Source of the DNA: Laetmonice hystrix
Taxonomy: Eukaryota
Direction: 5' to 3'
Length of the DNA stretch: 64,000 nucleotides
Assembly: GCA_965235115.1 (NCBI GenBank)
Contig: OZ249437.1
Coordinates: forward strand, 46,934,001-46,998,000
Shown: piece after piece, positions 39,291 to 52,600 of the stretch
Layout of the letters: every line of letters starts with the position of its first letter
How positions within the stretch are numbered: the first letter of the stretch is position 1
Notes under the pieces: generated by a model
The model's input: only the letters and a program-made list of their open reading frames with translations
The model's database searches: none
Told to the model about the DNA's origin: nothing
Made by a program: the position numbers and the translations under genes

Positions 39291-40470
39291 AAGGGAACTC
39301 TATGTTAAAACCTGCAAAAACTTTGCACAATATATGAGGAAATAATATATCAATCATACACTCAACGATATTTATCACAGAGCTAAGGGTTATATATTGG
39401 CCGGTCCAGCTAGAAGAATCCATCTTCGCCGATAACATGAGGAAGTCATTTCTGGCACGACTGCCACCCGACTTTTTACCAAAACACACTACGACATGTA
39501 GCTTATATCTTGTCTTATACTACGTTCATGCCACACAAGGCCCCATTAGTAATCTGTAATTGTTAGAATAAATGGTGAATCCGACAGTACTTTTTATTCT
39601 TTAGTTTATCATAATGAACATAACTAGGAGAGAGGCAATGAAAACGCAAGTACCAAATTGCGAAGTATAGAATCAAGTATACCTTCGACAACAGTCTTTA
39701 ATTGCCTTTGAATATCGTTCACAAGCATCAGCTGAGCACATGTTCATCTCATTCAGCACAACTTCCGGTCTGTCCACGGACACTGGTTCATTTCAACCCA
39801 AACAAAATGTGAACACTGAGTCCTTGACCTGCACGTGCAGTTTGGCCAGGACGATGGGTTGGTTGCCAACATTCTTTCAGGAAAAAGCCAAAGATCTCGG
39901 ATGAAAAAACAGAAGATTTGGGAATTTCCCAGACATTTCTTTTTGATGAAAACCTTTTAAATTACTGACAAACTATTTTTATTTGGTTATGTCACTTATG
40001 TCCCAAAAGTCAAACTTGGAGATTACTGTAAATCTCGTTGGAGGCTGCGAGACAGTGACCGACACAGTGACACCCTGTAAGGATATTATTGCTCATGTCA
40101 CAAGCGCTGTAATTACATGTAAGTCAACGTAGCAGTCGTTTACGTGCATAATTTTGCCTAACCGGTAGCCTTTATCGCAAGTAAGATGACCACTTCATTT
40201 TCTGTAGGATTTTGTTACCGGCTGTTTTAACCGTAGACCACAGTCTGAAACCGTACAGTATAAGGGCAATCCATACATGTTGACAACCTGTGGACCGTTG
40301 GCCCCAACCACAATGACTCTGATGTTACCATTCTTATGTCCTCCGATTATAACTCGGTAACGAGAGTTATTAGTCCTGAGGGGGACACTGGGTTATCAGA
40401 CCAGCTGCTCATGGCCTTTCTTCAACTACCCTTTCCTTACGTTGGAGGTGGGTATTTGGGGGGGGGGGAT

Positions 40471-40651
40471 ACGCCTTGCAACAGCCAGGGTCATATCACG
40501 GCGGTGAAGATGATTATGAAAGTCAGTTTTTCTTGGTGGAGGAAACCGGAGTAGCCCAGGCCGGGTATCGAACACGGATCGCAGTGGTGTGCGGCGATGG
40601 TCCAAGGTGTCATGAGCCAACACCTTGGACCACTCGACCACCCGAGACCCC
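40471..40651 (-). mobile_element. tRNA-derived SINE (SINE2-type), near full length
   Basis: Sense strand has Pol III box A TGGTCGAGTGG (40630-40640) and box B GTTCGATACC (40564-40573), then CCGGTTTCCTCCACCAAGAAAAACTGAC and GATATGACCCTGGCTGTTG, a body style I recall from marine invertebrate SINEs. No full cloverleaf. Confidence 0.8.
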
Positions 40652-40884
40652 CACCGGCGCTGGAACATAGTATTCAGAATTGGTGAGAGGGGGGGGGGGG
40701 GGGGGTAGGAGGAACCGATAACTCCTTGGGATAACTCATCCAATATGACAAGAACTAAGTATGACAACAGCGATGATGGTAATAAATGACCGTTTGGTAA
40801 TACCAAGGGCGAAGGAGGCGTTGCCCCCCTCCAACCCAAACTTACATGTCATAATATAACAAAGCTGTTTTTAGTTTGGCTGCC

Positions 40885-40934
40885 GGATCTCCCCCCCCCC
40901 CCCCCTCCTTCACAAAATCCTGACTACGCACCTG
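40885..40934 (-). mobile_element. Isolated terminal inverted repeat of a probable PIF/Harbinger-like MITE
   Basis: Reverse complement CAGGTGCGTAGTCAGGATTTTGT followed by G15 resembles CAGGGGCGTAGCCAGGATTTT..GGGG MITE termini. No partner end found. Confidence 0.4.
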
Positions 40935-43064
40935 ATGGTACCTCCACCTCGTCCTGTACCGAGTAAGTCAGTGACGCATGATCTCAGACGCACTCCTTTC
41001 CCCTTCCCACCTATCGATATCTAATAATAAATTGTCACCACACCACCTTCAGTTTATGACAATATTTGTATTATCATCTGGGAATCTACGGTACAGCTGT
41101 GGTCGTTTGATAGCAAACAGGCGCTCCTGAAAAAATAATTCCCCGGTAATATTGGATTTCTGCTTGGATAAAAAGCCTGACGTCTCACACATCTAGGACT
41201 TTGGTTGTATAGTCAATTGTAGGGATTTACTAACTCCCACACTATTAATACTGACAATCCCTGCCAAGATACAATATGGTTTACTACCGGGGTTTTTAGT
41301 TACGTTCCCCGATCGCCTAAGTATCGTCTTCACCTTGAAAACCGTAGCCAGTTACAATTTATCCACTCTTTTATTCGAATTTAGTCTATCAAAACGGATT
41401 TGAATACCTCCAAACTATATCCTGGCCTCAGGAGAACTAGAATCAGGGGCTTCCAGTAGTTAGTCCACCGGAGGTTTCTCTGTACGTTCAAGTCGTGATT
41501 CAGGGCAAAATTACATCCTTCGCAATGACAGTCTTTGATTTTGTTTGGGATTCAAAAACCATTAAACCCTACCTACAATATGGAATCATATGATGTATGA
41601 AATGTGGACCCATGCTACAAAACAATCTGAGATAAGAAAACGGATGATTGAAATGACAAAAAAGATCTTACAAGTAATCTTGCAGGTTCACCCTAAACAT
41701 AAGAACGAGTAAAATGCTAAAATATGTCCTAGATTTCTTTAGTACTGTGAGTATTTATAACCTCACCACGGAAACACGCCTTTCAACTTTTCACCAAAGA
41801 CATCTCCCCTGGGCGAAAAGTAAATAAATTTCACTGGGTGCAGGTACAAAGGGAATATCGCGCTGATTAGCAGGCCCCCCGGTGCTCCCCGGTGCCCCCT
41901 GTGGCCAGGCCTGCGGTTACACCCGACCCCCCTCCACTCCCGTGGCCTGAGGTTCCCCTACAACAGCCCCACGTTGACGTCTGTCTCCAGAGACTAGCAC
42001 CCCCCCCCCCCTCCAGCAGACCACTTGTTGCCGCTTATTATAAGTCTACCTCAACGACTCTTTCACACAAACAACCTGACAAACGTACGACAACATCTGG
42101 CTTTCCTCCATCAACGAGTTCACACCTAACCTTATCTAATCTGAACGAAGGTCGCTGCATGGCCAGCCAGGCCGCCACAGAAAACTTTAGTCTTCCAGTT
42201 CATTCCAGTCCGAGCATACTATTAAAACACCACAACCGAACATTGAAAACTTGTGCAAAATTAGTCTGCTTTTACAAATACCAAATACTCCCTTCATCAA
42301 AACTCAAGGTCAAAATCAAATCAACCGTAACTGTAATGTGTTCGGTTATTACACCCTAGGTTTAGATACCCGTGGATAATTAATCAAATATTTTCCCCTG
42401 CCAAGGGACTGCTTGATTCCTTCTTCACGGGTAGATATGGTCCACTTTTCAATCCAGTCTGGCCCAATTTGAGTTAAATGTCAGAGAAGGAAATTTTAAT
42501 GTCAAACGCCTCAGAGGTGGCCCTATCTTGATGCAAGTGTAAGACAAAACATTATTCTATCATGCTGTGTATTGACCGATAAAAAAAAGAACCTTTTCTC
42601 AATCATATCAATCTGTCCTGAAGCCGAGCCTCAAATCGTTTCCACTCTTGATGACACGACAAATGAATGCATTCCATCATGGAAATATTATAAATTCTAT
42701 TCCCCGGTTAACTCCCAATAGTCCTTTTATCTCGAGCCGTAAAACCATAATTTTTGACTGATTGATAAAGCTAATGCGACAGACAAACCGTATCAAGCAT
42801 CTATTATAAACATTGGAAAGGTGTCAATCAGTTGGATCAGGAATTTCTGACATAACTGTTCATGAATAAGAAATACCAGATAAATAGCGTTTAAAACCTT
42901 TTCTCTGCCTGTCATGTCTCAATACTGGATGTGCTAATCTGGCCAAACGGTCTCTGTGCAGTTCTCCGCTAGCCCCCCACCCCACCCTCACCCCCACCCT
43001 ACCCCACCCTCACCCTACCCACTGGTGCCTGTCAATCATCCAATCCTACCAGGTGATCCCAACA

Positions 43065-43200
43065 TGTACTCATTCCGTCATAATCTGAAGGTGGCCCTCA
43101 GTAGGTGTTACGTACCAACAGCCGCTACGTCTGGCCTATCCCTAGATACAGTGGGCCATCGGTCAATATAAGTAGACCAACGCCTTGCTCCTCACGGAGG
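43065..43200 (+). mobile_element. Possible tyrosine-recombinase C-terminal relic
   Basis: YSFR...TAATSGLSLDTV (cf. HSFRIGAATTAA.xGLS.dtI), interrupted by ~12 codons. Confidence 0.2.
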
Positions 43201-44177
43201 ACGTGGCCGCCTGAGTCTGAAGCTGGCCGTACTCCCGACAAACCCGCCCCAGTGGCGTACGGCCGCGGTACGGTTGACGAAACGCACAACCCCATCTCCG
43301 TCATCTGGTGCCAGCCATCAACGTGACCATCAGCGCCACTCGGCCCTGACCCCATCAACTGCCGCACCACAACAATATCTGCCCCACTCCCTAACAACAC
43401 CATTCTACTGTTCACTACCCCTTGGAACTTGGAGCTCTACCAGCTCGTGAGGCGCCTTCCTACTGCCTTCTCCGGTCTACGGCCACATCACAGTCTTCAA
43501 GTCGTGCTTTATCTCTGTCATCACTACAGTCTTACATGTTGTCGCACTTTGCAACTCAGCACTCGACTCGCCGAACCCTCGCCCCCACCCTCTGGGTGGA
43601 ATCAACAAGTAGAACCCAGAGGGAAACAGACCCTGTGCTCATTGGGCTTCATTGATATAAAAGGACGTAAAAAACACTCAAACGTGTCACGTATAGAAAA
43701 AGGTTCATGTAAAGTTTTTTAACGGGCTCGTTGACATTACTTCAACCTTGGAAGAATATAATACCTCTAAGTTTAACGACCCCCTGACAATTATTCTTAA
43801 ACATTACTCTTCAAATATCCAACAACACACGGCTTTCCATTGTCTTCAACTACTTTTTCTTTTTCAAAAACAATCAAGGATTTGTTTCCCGTGTAGATGT
43901 GTTACCTTATAAAATTTCTATAACTATCTGCTGAATAAACTTACCCTCACCCCCTCTATCTGATGGTCTGCCCCTGACCAAGATATCCACCGCCTACAAT
44001 CATAATCTGTTCAGCGAAAACATGGCTTTTCTACTTCCTGCTCCAACGAAGTAACCATTTACCCTCCCAACCCCCAACAACTGGCAAGAGGCTGTCCCAG
44101 GGTAATGAACTTGGTCAGTGGGGCCACCCAGGGCCCGCCAAAGTCCTCCTCAGTACCACCTCGGGGCCCTCGTCAGG

Positions 44178-44375
44178 GTATATCGCCCATGATAACTTAA
44201 ACTCCACGAAATTTGGTGGAAAGTAAAGATCCATGGCCCTGACCTTATCCCTAACCCCTAACCCCAGTCCCTACACCTCCCCAAAACATATCCCTACCCT
44301 ATCCCTATCCCTATCCCTGACCTTAACCCTAACCCCTGCCCAAACATTTCGTGGAAAGTTATCATGGGGGAAGAA
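44178..44375. mobile_element. MITE-like insertion with imperfect TIRs, telomere-like core and flanking 11-bp direct repeat
   Basis: Left CCCATGATAACTT(AAAC)TCCACGAAAT (44186-44212) pairs with right ATTTCGTGGAAAGTTATCATGGG (44346-44368). CCCTCGTCAGG flanks both sides (44167-44177, 44376-44386). The core is CCCTAA/CCCTAT/CCCTGA hexamers. Confidence 0.7.
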
Positions 44376-45564
44376 CCCTCGTCAGGCTCGGCGTGGGTCA
44401 GGCAGGAAAAGTGGCGTGGTTCGCCCGTCCGTCACGCCACCTAACGGGTGATGTGGTGTAAGCTCTCTGCTCAAAGTGCGACCTCTGGCTTACAACCATG
44501 GCTGATAACGTGCCGAGCTCAGCACAACTGTCGATCTCAGTTAGCCTATATATACGGCTACTTGTGGCGGGACTGGAATCAGACCGAACAACAAGGTGGC
44601 GAACATAGGCTGAAACACCTCCGATACTGTCACTTGATGGACATGGGCGGCGAGATGACGACACTGGACAGCCAGCATTCGGTCCGGCGTGGGGTCCTTA
44701 CAACCCAGGCGGTTCATGGCTGCCAGGTGGCCAAACTCTCTCAAGTCTGTTAGCCCACCCGAGCACCTATATTTATATGTACAGAAAACTGCACAAACGC
44801 CGAACATGTGTTTTTTTAAAAAATGGCAAGAGCACGACACCCTTTTTTGCCAATTCAAGCAAGCTGTGTATTTTAGATGGAATAAACTTAAAATTCATCA
44901 CTAACACATGCCTACTGAAAACCTGATGCCCAGTGTCACAGACTGAGCCATTTATCACATCGCGAGACATTCAAAGGGCTCACTCTCGGTCCCAGCGCCT
45001 GCAGCATGGTATCAGGGCTGAGGCGCTCCTGTTCGGAGCGAAAGACCTCGACTTTTTATCGACTTCATCCCAAGGCAGAAATAAATGTGTTTTGACCCAA
45101 ACCATCAATCGCGAATTTGATGTGTCCTCTTTGATACGCCCACACTCATCTTCATCTTGACGGTGGTGCCCCCTATCCCACAAACCCGAACATTACCAGA
45201 CTTGTTTTAATAGTGATATATGTCTTGTCTGTTAGATGATACATCAGTAAGGGCTAAGGCACCTTTTACAGGATAGATGAGTAGAGTGAGTAGAGGTACT
45301 TGCAGACCTAACCATTACCACCCATCTATAGTTACGAGGAATATGGAGGAGAAGAAGAAGCAGATATTAAGAGGGAATTCGACGACTTGCCCACAAGTAC
45401 GTGTTTCATGTTAGGCGGTAGATTACAAGTGATCTCTAAAGCCTTTGAGGATGATCTACCAGCCCAAACGGTTTCTGTTGGATTAACAGCGAATCAGCTT
45501 CCTTACTACCACGTCTCTGGTGGTCCAAACAAACAGTATATGTAACCATTATAACGGGCCTTAC

Positions 45565-45687
45565 CTCATTATCCGCGTCCAGGTCGGGCGAGACCGACCT
45601 CTTCGTTTCCATTGTGCTACGTAGCGGCAGTCGGGAAGATGGGTCCTCTGGTCGTTGGCCAACCGTTCGTCAGAGTTGTATCAATAT
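45565..45687 (-). other. Ambiguous: candidate start exon (METKRSVSPDLDADNE) or RTE-type LINE C-terminal relic
   Basis: gtttcag acceptor, ACAATGG Kozak context at 45612 and GAG|gtaagg donor. Another frame reads AQWKRRGRSRPTWTRI (cf. RTE W.P.GKR.RGRP..TW). Confidence 0.3.
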
Positions 45688-48600
45688 CTGAAACATGCCG
45701 TAAAATACTTCAAGATCACAGAAATCCAATCACATTATAAATATATATACAAAGATTTAAAGTTAATGGATCGGCATTCTGAACAGTTACTTGCAATGAT
45801 TTGATGCGGCCGTCGAAGCTTACTGGTGACCAAGCATGTCATTATTGGGACACCCAGCACTTCGAGGTGGTCCGTCCTCACTGCGTATCTCGTTTACACC
45901 ATGCAGTGCCATTATTCTATTCCTCCAAAGTCAAAATGTATACTGGATATATTGACTTGAGCCAGAGACGACACATTTCCACAGTTTCCTCTTAAAATAA
46001 ACTACCGAGACAAAAATCTATTAACTAAATACGGATCACTCCTATCAATCCAACATATTTCAAACGTTTCATCCTTCACACAAGTACGCCAGCAGATCCA
46101 CCATAATTACGGGTATCTTGAACTGATTTTATCACGCTACAGACCACTAACGAGTGACGTTAGTAAGAGGGATTTAACCAAACGGTCCCGGCCAGGAGTA
46201 CCGGGTGCTAAACTTTAGGTTCCCGACAAATGAGATTAGCCGAAGTCAGAACACCGATAACTTGGGCTTTAATTTGTGACGAAATCTGCGCAAACCATTT
46301 AGCACCAAGCCTCTAATCACAACTGGTAATGCCAGCTGGGTCTCATTACGCTGTTCGTTCCGGTCCAACACCGGCTTTGTAGACACACTTATCTGTTTCC
46401 AACCCTCAAACAAAGGGAACCCGTCAATAAAATCTGAGAGCCTATAAAATACTTCTTCCTGCTTCTTATTTAACGTGGACGCAATATATACGAGATTTAT
46501 ATAAGGTGTTTTCAAAGTTATGCAACAAAAAGTATTTTGAGAACTGCTTAAGTACTGAAGGAACACACCTATGAATAGGGTTGTCGTAGCAAATCGTTGC
46601 AATGAAGAGCTATCTTTCTGCAAGCAGTTTTTAACACGAGCACCCTGACACCATTGACAACGATAACCTACTCGCCAGTGTCAGGGTTGGGCTTCACTTC
46701 TACACCTTGGGGCTGTGAGGAGGAGAGGGTGATCATCTATCACGCTTCACTCCCCCACACACTCCACTACGGCCCTCCTGCAACTGGGGATATCTCCTTT
46801 CACAACATTCCCGGCTGTATTTAGTCACTGGGACTTTACTCACGCATACTGGCCTGCCCTACCCAACCTCTCTCTGATTGCGTCCAGCAAGGTGTCCTAC
46901 TTGGGTTAGTGTATCAAGCTGGCCACCCGGTTGGCCATCTTCTTATCGCTACTGGGGGTCCAGTCTATACGACCCGCTTTGCATATAAGCACAATGTGTC
47001 TTCCATTAGGGTGTTTGCCCTATATATGGGTCAAGTTCCCAGCAGGGTTCTTCCCAGGACCTCATCATTATCTACAGAGTGACCCAGAAAAAGGTAACCC
47101 CTAAAATCCTGCATATTCTTTCAGAGGGAACCCATGAAGAATTGACAGCACCTTGATGAGGGCATGCCCCAGTATCTATAGTGAATGGGAGAGTCGAATA
47201 ACGGTGAAAGACGGTCTTGAAAATACTCCCTTGATTAAAAATCCGTAATTACCGCTCTATCAAATGATTATCAGCACGTTATGAAATGGACAAGTATATA
47301 GATAATATCATGTTTAAATGTAGAAAGAATCTGATGTACTGGATCGAATGTGAATCACAAAACAAACTGACAGCCCTCTGACTTAGGCCTATCGTACTTG
47401 GTTGGCTGTTTAAACCTCGGAATTTCGGGTCCCAATCTATTATCAGAATTTATATGTCCCCAATTCAATTCATACACTTCGCCTATATCTGTCTATCACC
47501 AACTCATACACTCCGCCTAGTACCATCTTTCTATCTCGTGAATAGTCACCCACGAAATCTCGGATGTCTTCTCGTTAGTTTTCATTTTATTTTTTACTAA
47601 AACGTTCTGAGCTATATAGTTAAAATAAAATAATATAGACACGAATATCCGTTTTCATGGCATTAATATTCTCTCAGACTATTTTCAGTCTAATTGCTGT
47701 TAGCATCGCTGGTTGTGATAATGTTGTTTTGATTATTATAATTGTGAGGGGGGAGGAGAAGAAAAACATGATTACGATACTTTTTTAATATGTAACCTAT
47801 AGGTGAATGTGGTTCATACGATACGTACCCTCCCGACAGTGTTATCAGATAACATCCTTTTTTCTCTAGCCATGTCTATATATAAATAGATTTTGAAATT
47901 TGATGCCTGTGCACTAGGTAACCAGGCATATATTTAATGTTGATTCGGCCATTCACTCTAGACTGACATGGAACCTACCGTTATGACACCACATCAATGA
48001 ACATGAACGTCATGATCACATGTCAAAACACCAACCAAACTATTGTAACAGTCCCCTCCCCGACCCCAATTCTGAGGGAATTATATAATAAATTTGTCAC
48101 TCTGAGAAATCATCCTATATAGATTGACGATATCACGATGCCAATCACTGAAATGAAATGTGGATCTAGAAAGTTCTAGAAAATGTCAATGTCTGATAGT
48201 AACATCTCTAATCTGCGTCTTACAGGCCTGCATTTGACGTCTGTCATGAACAATGGTCACAGAAATCTACAATAATTTTATAACACTACTCTACTGAAAC
48301 ATTTATAATAAAGGAATCTTGCGCTTGAGCAATTTCGTTCTAAATATTATGTTGAACTTTTCCGATGCAACATATATCTGGATGAGTTAAAATGATAAGT
48401 TTTGAAGAAACTTCTTGAAGAAGACTGAATACAGCCCCCAAAAAATTAGAAAATTAGAATGTAAATACACCGCGGGAAAAAAGACGGTTTTTATTTAACA
48501 AGCAAGTACTAAAATAAAAAGTATTATATTTACATAATGTGTTCGTGAAAGGCGAATCTCTTTTATGATGTAAAATACAGCATGCATCCTTCTAAATGTC

Positions 48601-49389
48601 AGGTCAATACATCATCGGAAGGAAACATGAAAGGAGTAGAGTGTAGTCGGAATGTGGACCCACAAATCATAATTAAATCACACCTGAAAACACCTGTACC
48701 ATGAATCACCTACCTGTACCGGTCTGACCCGCTTAACGTGAATTCTGTTAACCTAATTAAAGCAGTATGCAGTCAGCATTACTCGGTATTTAGAACCTCA
48801 GACACATGTCATGGTTAATAATTCATCCTAATTCTTCAATTTGATATGAAACGACAATCTCTTATGAATAAGGATTATTTCTTTGGTTGTTTGCGAGTTA
48901 GGAGCTAGAAGTTCAATTCAATCCTCGAGCGCATTTAACCCTCCAGCACATCAGTTGTACTGCCTTTGCAGGACCAAAGAAAGCTGTCTTCTTCATGGAA
49001 ATAAAACTGCCGTATGGTCATTTATACGGCTGACCCTTTACTTTATTGAGTTATTCTGTTTCATAAAAAGTGAATCCGGGAAGGAATGTAAACCTTTGAC
49101 TCATCTACAACTGATGTTGGGAAACTTTTAATTCCGTACTTTTAGTGCCCCCCACACCATGGAAACAAACTGCAATAAAAACACATGACCTGTTAATTGC
49201 ACCCGAGTTAAATTAGCCATAGCGCAGCGACCCATCAGGGCCCTCCTTTGAATTTTGAGACGATCCATATCACGACAGTGCCACGGGCCACTGCTTCGAC
49301 TAAATTACCTTATTTCTGATCCAAACAATCGGAACGTCAAGATTCAGAGAACACTTACAACTTCACTGCTCTATTTATATTAACGCGCC

Positions 49390-49640
49390 TGGTTTGTATT
49401 GAGGTTGTCGGAGTCGATAATTGAAATCTGGCCGATTGCAACGATAACGTGCCGCCCAGTGGTGTTGCGCCGTATAGGCCATTGCTGCTATTGAAGCCCC
49501 TTCTGACCGAATTGGTGGCTCGGTCTTACGTCAGATTGACTCTAAATTCATATAATGTTGCTAGCAGACAATCGTTGGGCCAGCTGCCCCCGCCCCCACC
49601 CCTCGTCTGACCAGACGCCTACACCTCATTATAGTTCTAC
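49390..49640 (+). mobile_element. Possible DIRS/Ngaro RNase H end relic
   Basis: VVGVDN and HIMLLADNRW...PSSDQTPTP (cf. DN ... HI.G..N..AD.LSR....P.AD..PTP). Confidence 0.2.
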
Positions 49641-52600
49641 ACCCCACTGAGATAGCCGCAGTCTACAGTATGCCCTCCTGCCTAGCGGTACACTTACATT
49701 TATACACCAGAAAAGTTAAACCTGGACTAAAATACTTGGCCATTATTTACTGCCAGTTTTGCTAGCCGACATGTATTAATAATAAACAGAAAAGAGTTTT
49801 CACTGTAATATTTACTGATGCAGACAAACATATGCCTCTGTTGTTTGTACACTAATGAAACATTCAAGGTGCCTGGAGTAAGACCCACGATATTGTTTGG
49901 ACAAAGAAAGTTAACTATGACTGTTCTGGAATATACACGTTTTGGTGGAAAAAAGTTGGGCAATGCACATGGAGGAAATGACTCATGGATGATGAAAAGG
50001 AGATGTCCTTTTCGAAGATGCTGCCTGCATTATTGGGCTGGTGTCGCCCATCTGTGGCCTTGATTTGTGAGTGAGGCTGACAAGTACTGAGGCTCTGACA
50101 GTCACAATGAGATTGCTCCTTGCTTACTACAAACGATGAAGGGCCAAGTCGCCGGTGTTACTGGGTCAACCTCCAAACAAGAGCCATCTGCACCGTTTCA
50201 GTGGACCGGGAGCCTTCACAGCCTCCCATGAGTCTTCTGCCACTGGCCAAAGCACACCCGTAGACAAATTCTATGCAGCTTTCTTCATGTAAACAAGCAG
50301 AGCAGGGAAGAATCTGCTATTAACCGGGTTTGTCAGAGTACCAAGTAGAGTGCCCCCGCCAGTCGTAGTGAAGGTAACTAGGGGCCTGGCTGGTTGTGTC
50401 AGGGGTCAAAGTGTAGGCACCAAGTACTGGTCAAAAAAGTGACTTGAACGACACCCTCACAAACAATAGAGACCCTTGGCACTTTGGTCTGAATCCACCT
50501 CTCTCACGTGACAATAACCACCGATAGGAACAAAACAGTCTCCTTTTATGATGTCCTTTTCGTTCTACTACCTACATGCTGATATCATTCATGTCGAGAA
50601 ACAGTTGTTTACGTCCTGACCGTGTTATGTAAAAAAGACAAATCATAATGCTGGAGTACAGACCCAAAATTCTGCGTCTCATGCCAGTCCTGGTGTTGCC
50701 AACTTGCCAGACAATAATAACGGCTTCCCAGATAAAAAGTACGTAGCGCCACTAGCAGCCACTTCTGTATTACCCACCGAGACGAAAAACCTGGAGTGAA
50801 CTTTCAGCATCTACTAGTCACAACAATCACTGCCACCGTATTTTCAGGAGGTTGGCCGATCAGTGTATTACCTACATGTTATGTATATCCATTCCCAGGG
50901 ACTGGTCAACACTGTACCACTCTGAACTCAATAACATGCAGTTCAGTCATGAATTCTCATGAACAAAGTCCATTGCTAGCCTATTCTTTGTGCTGCTGTT
51001 CAAAGTCCACCTCTGAACATGCATGTGCATAGCATGGCTGCCCAAAGAGTTGCCACGGTCACCTAGTCTGAACTCCATCCCGTCTTTGTGGTGAAAATAA
51101 CGGAAGAATGCTTCACAGCCTCTTTTACAGTCACCAAACAGCAAGCTTCATTGCGCAATGTGCCTAGATGTGAGCAAGAATGGGGCATGGAAGGTAGATT
51201 TCACTTCCTGAAACTAAATACTGCAGATCCACTTACCCAAGCTGTAGGCAAGATCATTTACATGTGCTAGTTGGCCCATCAGTCAGTGAGCGTCCCTGGG
51301 CCTGCCTGCCACTCTTCCGTTACCCAGAGATGGGAAGCTCAATTTCTCTCATCCTTTCAGTATTGCTTTGTCACATGTCAGTCAAACTTTGCGATCACAC
51401 AAGAAAGGATCTGCTCACAAGAACTGGCGGTATGATCTGCCGTGTGTTGTTCACCAGATGGACCTAATGGATGCTGGGCACTCCAGAGCAGCCTCCGCAA
51501 CATGTGCTCTGTGCAAGCTACAGGCCTTCCCTGCTACCAAGCGAGACCTACTTCTACTGCAGCCGCCCTGCAACAAGGTCAGAGTCTGAGCCAGCGTGAG
51601 ACGGTGCAAGGAAAAATGCTACTCACTTGTGATGGAAGCCCCCAACATGAGGAACCTCGGAACTTGTGCAGAAGGTTGAACAATACGTCTTGAGCTCTTT
51701 TCCTTTGCAGAATATTCAATATCCAAATGGGTACCTCCTACTCCAGAAAACTTGGATCTGGCCGTTTGAGAACTCTGAGACACATATGTAGGTCAGTGTG
51801 TGACCCCCCTCCCCTGCTCTGGCGCCAAGCGTTGCCATCCCATCATGCCATGTTGTGTCAAACAGTTCAGCACTGGAGGGTTGCATATATACACACGTTT
51901 CCTTAGCGCAAACCATGTCAACACTTGACCAAAACTTCCATGATAGACCCTTTATCATAAAACTTTTACAGCTACAAACTTTACTCAGAACTTCCAGAAT
52001 TCAATACTAACGCTGCATGATGTTACTACAAGCTCATTTCTAGATCTGACGTTTCAGCACAGGTTTTCATCCAAATTTGATGAAAGTCTCTATCTCATAA
52101 ACAGGCGGCTAGTTCAAAGCTCCGTACTTTCATCAAAATTCCAATTTTAAAAGTGACTTTCTGCCTGACGGTGCTAGCCTTGTAATCTTTAAGTGTATCC
52201 CGACACTTAAAAATAGGAACAAACAGGTAAGGTAATTACTAACCGGACCGTAGCCTGGCCCAAATACGTGAAGGGGGCAGTGCCTCCTGAGCAAGTATCG
52301 GGTGTCAGTAACACGATTAATGTTAGGGATTCTATAAACAAAAAAAAACAAAACAAGAATGAAAACCCTATGGGGGAAGTTGCCCCCTTGCTCCAGCAGT
52401 AAGTACTAAGCCGTTTTGACCTATACTGTAATGGCCAGGATATTGAAGCAAGACCAATGTTTTAGGCATATTAGGATAATGAAGAAATTGATACCTGTGC
52501 TTGTATTAATATCATGACCTCAACTACGCATTTTAAAAATGAACTGCCGACTTCTGATATACAAGCATTTCTGCTGATTCTAGCGAGATTAGATTTGATA

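Noticed and set aside
43078-43092. TCATAATCTGAAGGT, matching the anticodon arm of elongator tRNA-Met as I recall it
   Set aside because: 15 nt only; no box A/B or cloverleaf in the flanks.
43475-43491. GTCTACGGCCACATCAC resembling the 5S rRNA 5-prime end
   Set aside because: Similarity stops after 17 nt and there is no internal control region.
46642-46687. 10-bp inverted repeat ACCCTGACAC/GTGTCAGGGT with 26-nt loop
   Set aside because: One or two of this size are expected by chance in the window.
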